NCBI RefSeq assembly: GCF_009914755.1
Contig: NC_060929.1
From: the human T2T-CHM13v2.0 reference genome, Homo sapiens
Length of the DNA: 64,000 bases
Reading direction: 5' to 3' (one strand)
Below the pieces are notes generated by a model. That model was not told the DNA's origin and searched no databases. It was given only the letters and a program-made list of their open reading frames with translations. Shown in pieces: positions 54,381 through 64,000 of the stretch (its first letter is position 1; the number at the start of each line of letters is the position of its first letter). A program made the translations under genes and the position numbers.

Positions 54381-57136
54381 GTAGGCATCTTATTTTATTG
54401 AACTCCGCTTTATTGCACTTTGCAGATACCACTTTTTTTATTTTTATTTTATTTTTATTTTTATTTTTTTTACAAATTGAAGGTTTTTGGCAACTCTGTG
54501 TTGGTTCCATTTTCCAACAGAACATGCCACTTTTTGTCTCTGTGTCACATTTTGGTAATTCTAAAAATATTTCAAACTTTTTCATTATTATTTGACCTAT
54601 TATGGTGATCTGTGATCAGTGATCTTTGATGTTACTATTGTAATTGTTTTGGGGGCACCAGGAACTGTGCCCATATAAGACAGCAAACTTAATTGGTAAG
54701 TGTTGTGTGTGTTCTGACTGCTCCATCAACCATTCCTCATCTCTCCCCCTTTCCTGGAGCCTCCCTATTCCCTGAGACATACCATATGGAAATTAGGCCA
54801 ATTAATAACCCCACAATGGCCTCTAAGTGTTCCAGTGAAAGAAAGAGTTGCACATCTCTCACTGTAAATCAAAAGCTAGAAATGATCAAGCGTAGTGAGG
54901 AAGGCTGAGACAGGCCAAAAGACAGGCCTCTTGCACCAGTTAGCCATGTTGTGAATGCAAAGGAAAATTTCTTAGAGGAAATCAGAAGTGCTACCCCAGT
55001 GAATAAAAAAATGGTAAGAAAGTGAAACAGCCTTATTGCTGATAGGGACAAAATATGAATGGTCTGGATGGAAGATCAAACCAGTCACAATAGTCCCTTA
55101 AGCCAAAGCCTAATCCAGGGCAAGGCCCTAACTCTCTCAACTCTATGAAGTCTGAGAGAGGTGAGAAGTTTGAAAGTAGCATAGGTTAGTTCATGAGGTT
55201 TAAGGAAAGAAGCCATCTCCATTAACATAAAATTACAAGGTAAAAAGGCAAATTACCCAGAAGATCTAGCGAAGATAACTGATGACACTGGCTACACTAA
55301 ATAACAGATTATCAGTGTAGACAAAACAGCCTATTTATTATCAGAAGAAGATGCCATCTAGGACTTCCATAGCCAGACAGGAGAAATCAATGCCTGGCTT
55401 CCAAGCTTTAAAGGACAGGCTGACTCTCCTGTTAGGGGCTAATGCAGCTAGTGACTTTAAGTTGAAGCCAAAGCTCATTTGCCATTCCGAAAATCCTACA
55501 GCCCTTAAGAATGATGCTAAATTTACTTTGCCTATTCTCTATAGATGAACAACAAAGTCTGGATGACAGCACATCTGCTGACAGCATGGTTTAACTGAGT
55601 ATTTTAAGCCCACTGTTGAGACCTACCGCTCAGAAAAAAACATTCCTTTCAAAATATTACTACTCATTAACAATGCATCTTGTCACCAAAGAGCTCCAAT
55701 GGTGATGTACAAGGAGATTAATGTTATCATGCCTGCTAACACAACATCCATTCTGCAGCCTACGGATCAAGGAGTAATTCTGACTTTCAAGTCTTACTAA
55801 TTAAGAAATACATTTTAGGAAAAAGAAAAAAAAAAGAAATACATTTTAGGGCCAGGTGTGGTGGCTCATGACTGTAAATCCCAACACTTTGGAAGGCCAA
55901 GGTGGGAAGACTGCTTGAGGCCAGGAGTTCAAGCCCAGCCTCCACAACATAGCAAGACCTTATGTAAAACCAAAAAAATTAGCCAGGCATCGTGGCAAAC
56001 ACCTATAGCACTAGACACTTGGAAAGCTGAGGTGGGAGGATCACTTAAGCCCAGGAGTTCAAGGCTGCAATAAGCTAGGATCACACCACTGCATTCCAGC
56101 CTAGGCGACATGGAGACTCTGTCTCTTAAAAAAAGAAAAATAAAAAGAAGGAAAAGAAATACATTCTGTAAGGCTATAGCTGCCATAAATAAGTGATTCT
56201 TCTGATAAATCTGGGAAAATAAAATTGAAAACCTTCTGGAGGCCAGGCACTGTGGCTCACACCTGTAATCCCAGCACCTTGGGAGGCTGAGACGGGGGGA
56301 TCTCTTGAGCCCAGGAGTTCGAGACCAACCTTGGCAACGCAGTGAAACCTCGACTCTACCAAAAAACAAAAAAACAAAAAACAAACACGCACAAAAATTG
56401 GCCGGGTGTGGCAGTACCTGTAGTCTCAGCTACTCAGGAGGCTGAGGTGGGAGGCTTGAGCCCGCGAGGCAGAGGTTACAGTGAGCCAAGATTACGCCAC
56501 TGCACTTCAACTTGAACAACAGGGCTAGACTCTGTCTCAATGAAGAAATAAAAAAGAAAGAAAAAGAGAAAGGAAGGAAGGGAGGGAGGGAGGGAGGCAA
56601 AGAGGGAGGGAAAGAAAGCCTTATGGAAAGGATTCATCATTCCAGAATATCCATGATTCATGGGAAGAGGTGAAAATACCAATATTAACAGGAGTTTGGA
56701 AGAAGCTGAAGTCAACCATTATGAATAACTTTGAGGGGTTCAACACTTCAATGAAGGAAGTAACTGTAGATGTGGTGGAAATAGCAAGAGAATTAGAATT
56801 AGAAGTGGAGGCTAGGCCAGGCGTGGTGGTTTCACCATGTTGGCCAGGCTAGTCTCAAACCCCTGACCTCAAGTGATCCGTCCGCCTCGGCCTCCCGACG
56901 TGCTGGGATTACAGGCGTGAGCCACCGCGCCTGGTCCGTTTCTTAAGTATTTCTAGATTAAAGTTAGGTACACATTGTTTTTTAAGACATAATGCTACTA
57001 CACACTTAACAGACTACAGCGTAGTGTAAATGTAACTTTTATATGCACTAGGAAACCAAAAAATTTGTGTAGCTTACTTTTTGGCAATATTTACTGGCCT
57101 AGAATTGAACATGCAATATCACCTGTGTATGCTTAT
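54381..57136 (+). mobile_element. Tigger1 DNA transposon (decayed pogo-type transposase) with nested Alus at 55850-56155, 56241-56600 and 56815-56936
   Basis: ORF remnants MASKCSSERKSCTSLTVNQKLEMIKRSEEG and [40 protein letters not shown]; both termini recognisable. Confidence 0.9.
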
Positions 57137-57139
57137 ATA

Positions 57140-58300
57140 CTATGAAGTTCCCTTTCCTAACCCCATCCTTTACACAGAACAGGTGTATTCTCTTCAGAAA
57201 CTGTCAAAGAAATACCAGACTCACGGTCATTAGGACTTCAGAGAAAGAGGTTGAAAAACAGATCTGAAAAAAGAGAATTATGAAAAGGAATAAGAATGAG
57301 CTCTTGGAAACTAAAAACATGATAACTGACATAAAAATAGACACTTCACCCCCCAAAAAATGAAATCTCCTAGAAGTAGAATAGAAAACTAAGTCAGAAA
57401 TTAGGAGAGGAAAAAACAAAACAGACCAAAAAAAAAAAACAAGAAATTTGAAAGATCAATACGGGAGACTGTCCCTGGAGGATCTAAAGTTCTAAAAAGA
57501 AGTGATGCAATCTAAGAAATCATGTAAGAAAATTCCTTAGAACTAAAATGTCTCCAGATTAAAAGCCCCATCAAATATCAGCAAATGAATTAAAAAACAA
57601 AAATAAACAAAATCATGAGGTACATCACTGAAATTTCAGAATGAAGGTAAAGAGAAAAATCAAGAAAACCCCCAAAAAGCTTCTTGGGGGTCAGTTATGG
57701 CTTTTGACTTCTCAGCTGCAATACTGGAAGCTCAAGACAATAGGGCAATGCCTTCAAATTACTGACTTAAAATGAATCTCAATCTAGAATTGTGTACTTA
57801 GCAGACTGCCAACCAAGCATAAAGATAGAACAAAGACATTTTCAGACTTGCAGTCTCAAAAATTTATCTCCCACCCTTTCATTCTCAGGAAACTCCTGGA
57901 TAGATATGGTCCACTGAAACACAGGAATAATCCAAAGAGGAAGAAGCCATGGAAGCCAGTCAATGGGTAATCTGCCCCCAACAAAAAAAAAAAAAAGAAG
58001 GAAAAACAAAAGGGCAAAGTAATTCCCAAGACAAGACAAAGGAAGCCTCCTGACAACACTAGGGAGCATACCTACAGGGCCAGCAGTCCAGACTGGAGCC
58101 AGAGAGGGCTGGAAGGTTCCAAAAAAGGACATATCCAGGAGGAAACAATATGAACTGATCAATTATCTGTCAGATAATTGACTAAGAGATAAATTGCTTT
58201 TAGAGGTTTTATGGAGCCGTTGAAGGATATAGAAATACTAATGATTTCAAAGAAAACGAAACACAAAAATTCAGCAATTACCTTCAAAAGGAAAGAAAAC
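57140..58300 (+). mobile_element. HAL1 / L1ME ORF1-like remnant
   Basis: gacttctcagctgcaatactggaagctcaagacaatagggcaatgccttcaaa...aatctagaattgtgtac matches ORF1-like DFS..TLEARRQW...F motifs. Confidence 0.6.
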
Positions 58301-58513
58301 ATAAAATACACTTAGCTCATCAGTGAACAGACATTTACGATACAACAATATAGTTAATTTTGATCATTCAACCAAAAATTCTAATATTGAAAGAATGAAG
58401 GAGAAGGGTATGTATGTGTGTGTGTGTTAAAGACCTAAATCTTTAATTATCAGGAAATAATAAATAAATCAATAATAAACAGTATATTTAATTTGTTTGA
58501 AACTATAAAAGAA

Positions 58514-58820
58514 GGCTGGATGTAGTGGCTCACACCTGTAATTTCAGCACTTTGGGAGGCCAAAATGGGAGGACTGTTTGAGCCCAGGAGTTCGAGACCA
58601 GCCTGGGCAACAAAGTAAGACCCCCCCATCTCTACAAAAAATAAAAATTAGCTGGGCATGGTAGCTCTTGCCTGTGGTCTCAGCTACTTGGGAGGCTGGG
58701 GTGGGAAGATCACTTGAGCCCAGATGATCGAGGCTGCACTGAGCCATGACCACGCCACTGCACTCCAGCCTGGGCGACAGAGTGAGACTGTCTCTCAAAA
58801 AAATAATAATAAAAACAAAA
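58514..58820 (+). mobile_element. AluJb-like
   Basis: Full dimer. Confidence 0.88.
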
Positions 58821-58947
58821 ATATTAAAGTAAATATTCAAAAAAAAAAACAGCAAAAGTAATTGAAAAAGCAGTTTGCCTCTAAGATCAGGACTGGGTTT
58901 GAGGCACGGTGGGACAGGGAACTACTATCATAAGTAAATTTCTTATA

Positions 58948-59074
58948 ACTATATATATATCATATATATATGATATATATGACTATATATATATGATATA
59001 TATGACTATATATATGATATATATGACTATATATATATCATATATATGATATATATGACTATATATATATCATA
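58948..59074. repeat. AT-rich minisatellite, unit ~gactatatatatgatatatat
   Basis: About 5 variable units seen directly. Confidence 0.92.
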
Positions 59075-59133
59075 ACGCTATTGGGCAGGGCAAAATTCAA
59101 CACATAATATTTTGAGTCAGATTTTAACAAGTA

Positions 59134-59435
<302 letters not shown>

Positions 59436-60059
59436 TTAACAAGTAACGAGCTTCACCACTTAGCCAGTCAGGAGTTCCATGATTGGAACTGATCGTGTCA
59501 CAGACGGTACATTAACATGGGGCTTTACTATGTAATCTTTAAAAAATGTTCAGGCATTTCGTTAAAAAAAATTTAAAATATTAGCCGGGTGCAGTGGTAT
59601 ACACTTGTAGTCTCAGCTACTTGGGAGGCTGAAGCAGGAAGATAGCTTGAGCCCAGGAGTTTAAGCCCAGCCTGGGCAGCAAAGTGAGACCTTGTTTCTT
59701 TGAAAATATTTATTTTTTAATATTTAAATTATTCACAAATAATGTCTATTTTTTACAAATGTGCAGTTTGTGTTTTATATTCTAAAGTAACTAGAAATTA
59801 ATCAAAATACATACAAAATCCTTATTTATGGGAGTCATAACCGATTCCAAAACTTATTCTGGAAACTTATTCTGGAAAATGAGGCCACCCTTGCAATGTT
59901 TAAAAAAATCAAAATAAATAAAATTTTCCTTTAAATTGATAAACAATGATGTCAAAGAAAAATCTGCTTAAATTGCTCATTGAATGAATAACTTTAGGCA
60001 AGCAACACAAAACAGAAGCATCTTTGTTAAATGAATTAGAACTTTTTCAGTTCAGTGAC

Positions 60060-60200
60060 TATTTTTATTCATTTGTTCATTCATCAAATATTTATTGAAT
60101 GCCTTCTTTGAGCTGGATACCAGAAGTACAGCACTAAGTTAGACAAAGGCTGTGCCCTTATAGAACTTACAATCTAGTGAAGTATTAATATAGATATATA
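60060..60200 (-). mobile_element. L2 3' end fragment
   Basis: ttcattcatcaaatatttattgaatgcc...tgtgcccttatagaacttacaatctagtg. Confidence 0.7.
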
Positions 60201-60425
60201 AAAATGCAATTAAAACACAAGCAAGTATCTGCCACAATGAAGAAATACAGGAAAAACATGGGTTCTATTGGAGCTGTAAAATACGTCACATCCAAAGTAT
60301 TCCAAGCAGTTTGCAAACACATGAAACAGATTATTCTCAAGAAACATCAAATGGTCCTAATTAGAGGCTACCACTAGAGGACAAACTAAAATGAAGGCTG
60401 GAAAAGAGAAATTGGGGGATTAGAG

Positions 60426-60783
60426 TGCTATAGTTTGAATGTGTCCCCGAAGTTCACATGTCAGAGACTGAATCCTCAATGCAACAATTTTGAGAGGTGA
60501 GACTATTAAGAGGTGATTAGGTTATGAGGGCTCTGCCCTCATGAATGAATTAAGGTCATTATCTCGAGAGTGGGTTTGTTATAAAAGTGAGTTCAGCACC
60601 CCCTTGCTCTCACCCGCATTTTCTCTTGCCCACGTGATGCCTTTTTCCACGGGATCACCAGCTGCCAGCACCATGCTCTCAGACTTTTTAGCCTCCAGAA
60701 CTATGAGCCTTATAAATTTCTTTTCTTTATACATTACTCAGTCTCTGGTATTCTGTTATAACAGCACATACTGAACTAAAGCA
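60426..60783 (+). mobile_element. MaLR LTR (MLT1A/MSTD-like)
   Basis: tgctatagtttgaatgtgtcccc...ggtattctgttataacagcac...gaactaaagca. Confidence 0.8.
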
Positions 60784-61399
60784 GGGGATGTGGGAAGAAA
60801 TTCTAACATCTGAGTACCTACTATGCCATTTAATCCTCAAAACAACTATCAGAAGGTAGGTATAATAAATACTGGGACTATCTCTTCAGTATCTACTTCC
60901 CCCTCTTCAGCCAGCATTTTGTGGGAGACTGACCTCACTACTAGCTCCAGATGTACTACCACAATCAGAGCAACTCCATTCCCCTTGCCACAGTAACCAA
61001 AATAGGTAGTCTATGCCTAAGCCAATCAGGTCATGATGACCATGAATAAGTTCAAGGGTGATATAAACAGCACCGAGTTTAGGACTTTTGCTGAAAATCT
61101 TGGAGTACAGAGTCTTGTCTCCTAGGCAGAGTGGTATGAGATAACAGATCAAGAGGCACTGCTTCTAGCATTACCTAATGACAAAAGAGAATGAAGCCTG
61201 AGGACTCAGCAATTAAGTGTGAGAACTCGAGTTTGAAAACCAAGTGGTCTGATTTCAGAATTAAGAGATGCAAGCATACACACAGACACCCCGCAGTACT
61301 GGGGCATGGATCTGAACTCATCAAGTCCATCACACCAGCTACAACTTGATAAAAGGCTGATAAGCCAAACTGAGGACTTTGAACTTGGTTAAGAACAAA

Positions 61400-61600
61400 G
61401 GCTCTAGAACTTAAACATCTAAGTTCAAATCTTAATTTCATCACTTAATAGCCACGTGACATGGGGTAAGATACTTAATTTCTCTGTGCCTGTTTCCTCA
61501 TCAATGAAACAGGGATAATCAGACCTCTTTATAAAGCTATTGTGAGAATTAAATGAGTTAATAGGTGTAAAGCACATAAAACAGTGTGCAGCACAGATCA
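61400..61600 (+). mobile_element. MIR
   Basis: aagttcaaatcttaatttcatcacttaatagc...tttctctgtgcctgtttcctcatc...gtgagaattaaatgag. Confidence 0.8.
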
Positions 61601-62246
61601 ATCCTCATTGCTTAATGAGGAGTCAAGACTTCTGAGTGTTTTGATTAGAATTATGATCTAGGAAAATCAATTTAGAAGAACAGTGTGGGGCCAGGTGCAG
61701 CAGCTCACACCTGTAATCCCAACACTTTGAGAGGCCAACGTGGGACCACTGCTCGAAGTGAAGTTTGAGGCTGCAGTGAGCTAGGATTGCGCCACTGAAC
61801 TCCAACTCAAGCCTGGGTGACACAGTGAGACCCTGTCTTCCTGCTGAAAAAAGTAGTAGTATGGTGTGGAGGGGAACACAGAACACACAAGAAGTGGGAA
61901 AGTAATGGCAAAGTTTCAAGAAAGGCATCAACGGTTTGTATAAGGTGATGACAGTGGAAAATGAAAAAGAACTGAAGCTACTAAGAATCTGAATCAACAG
62001 GACTTAACAAATGAGCAAATATGGCAATCAAAGACTAGGAGGAATAAACAATGATCTCTGATTTTCAACTTGGTAGACTAAGAGAATGGTGGTCCCAGAA
62101 ACAGAAACAAAATCAAGAGAGAGTAGATTAGGACTCCTTTAAAATGAAAGAGGTTATCTTATGTTTTACATGGGAAGTTATTTTAAGCAAGTTTAAAATC
62201 AATAGGATTTAAGATAATTATTATATTAGTAAGAAGTGAGATCCAA

Positions 62247-62607
<361 letters not shown>

Positions 62608-62734
62608 TTAAAGCTGTATTTTTCTCTTTTTTTCAATAAACCCAGTGTAAAAAACAAATCTAATTCCACTACTTAGGGATGAAAAAGCAGATAAAATTAA
62701 CAACCAAAATTATAATATTTGCACTTCTTACTGT

Positions 62735-63117
62735 GAAATTAAACTACCATATGATCCAGCAATCTGTCTACTGAATATATATCCAAAAGAAAGAAAATTA
62801 GTATGTCAAAGAAATATCTGCACACTCATATTTACGGCAACAGTATTTACACTAGCCAAGATATGCAATCAACCTAAGTGTCCATCAACAGATGAATGGA
62901 TAAAGAAAATGTCGTATATATACACAATGGAATATTATTCAGCCATTAAAAAGAATGAAATTCTATTATCTGCGGCAATATGGATGAGCCTGGAGGACAT
63001 GATGCTAAGTGAAATTAGGCACAGAAAGACAAATACCACATGTCCTCACTCACATTTAGAAACTAAAAAAGTTGATCTCATAGAAGTAGAGTAGAATAGT
63101 GGTTACAAGAGGCTGGG
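62735..63117 (+). mobile_element. L1MA 3' fragment
   Basis: ORF2 end YTMEYYSAIKKNEIL and the start of the 3'UTR. Confidence 0.8.
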
Positions 63118-63399
63118 ACGTGTATAATCCAATCAATTAAAAATACATATATTTAAAATAAATTAAGTAAAATAAAAATTCTTGTGGGTATGACAAATTT
63201 TTAAAAATCCCATTTAAAAAACAAAACTTCTGAAACATGATTCTTAAAATTGTTGGTAATATTATGAAGCTAGCTTTTAAGAACTTCAGAAGCTCAAAAT
63301 GTGACATAAAATCAGAACACTGCAAGTGAAAAAATAACTCGGCACTACAGAATATTTATCCTATAGAAATAATAGAAAGTTAAGTAGTGGGGCCATTTC

Positions 63400-64000
63400 C
63401 TCACATTTACTCCACATCTATCTCACTTTTCCCCCCAAACATTTATCCTCCCTACCAAAAAACCATCAAGGTCACCAATTTCCTCCATCTTGACTAATAT
63501 AATGGACACTTTTCTGTTTCTCATTTCACGAGACCTGTCAGCAACCAGTATACAAACAATTTATCACTCACTCTATCATTTTTTAAACACTTTCTTTTCT
63601 TGGCTTCCCTAACACCACACATCCCTGGCTTTTCCCTATCTATCTTCTTGGTATATCTTCCTCTCTCAGATCTGTGTATTTTAACACATCCTCAGGGCGA
63701 AGCCCTCCGTCCTTTCCACTTCTCTATCTACACCCTTTTCCTAGATGATCTCTTCCATTCTGTAGTTTTAATACTAACCATACACACAAACTCATATCTG
63801 CAATCCCAATCTCTACTGTGAACTCCAGACTGACTTTATTAAACTGTCATCTCTACGTGGGCATCTCAATGGCAATTAAAACCAGACCAAATATCCAAAA
63901 CAGAACTTTTGACCCTCTCCCTCTGCCCTTAAAATTGTTATTTCATTTATTCATTCTACAAATATTTCCTCAGCATATGCTCAGGCACTGTGCTGTCCAC
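63400..64000. mobile_element. L2 fragments
   Basis: aaggtcaccaat...ctccatcttgactaatataatggacac; ttcattctacaaatatttcctcagcatatgctcaggcactgtgc. Confidence 0.7.

Noticed and set aside
54693-55548. TIGD1-like transposase gene
   Set aside because: Decayed Tigger1 copy with stops, frameshifts and three Alu insertions.
59850-59878. 13-bp tandem duplication aaacttattctgg
   Set aside because: Ordinary slippage duplication with no recognisable motif or context.

Overview
Primate (human or great-ape) genomic DNA, CpG-poor and repeat-dense. It lies inside FNIP1 (folliculin-interacting protein 1), transcribed on the minus strand. Only two coding exons are visible: exon 2 (18551-18677, ...[42 protein letters not shown]) and exon 3 (4877-5011, [45 protein letters not shown]). 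The rest is intron: about 40 Alus, many L1s, L2/MIR, MaLR/ERV LTRs, Tigger and hAT DNA transposons, and microsatellites. Nearly all ORFs in the supplied track are repeat-derived. I found no new protein-coding system. The most notable structures are: (i) an old L1PA whose 5'UTR appears precisely spliced at nt 97 (SpIRE-like); (ii) a ~1.35-kb inversion that splits both a MER1B and its host L2; (iii) a twin-primed L1PA5 whose tail became a 245-bp AT microsatellite; (iv) an inverted Alu pair bracketing the frame-symmetric exon 3; (v) a fused inverted-Alu deletion scar in Tigger1; (vi) a very young L1; (vii) a 37-nt U6 retrocopy; (viii) an ancient ~160-bp tandem repeat carrying p53-type half sites. 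Repeat subfamily names come from recalled consensus diagnostics, and most repeat boundaries are approximate.
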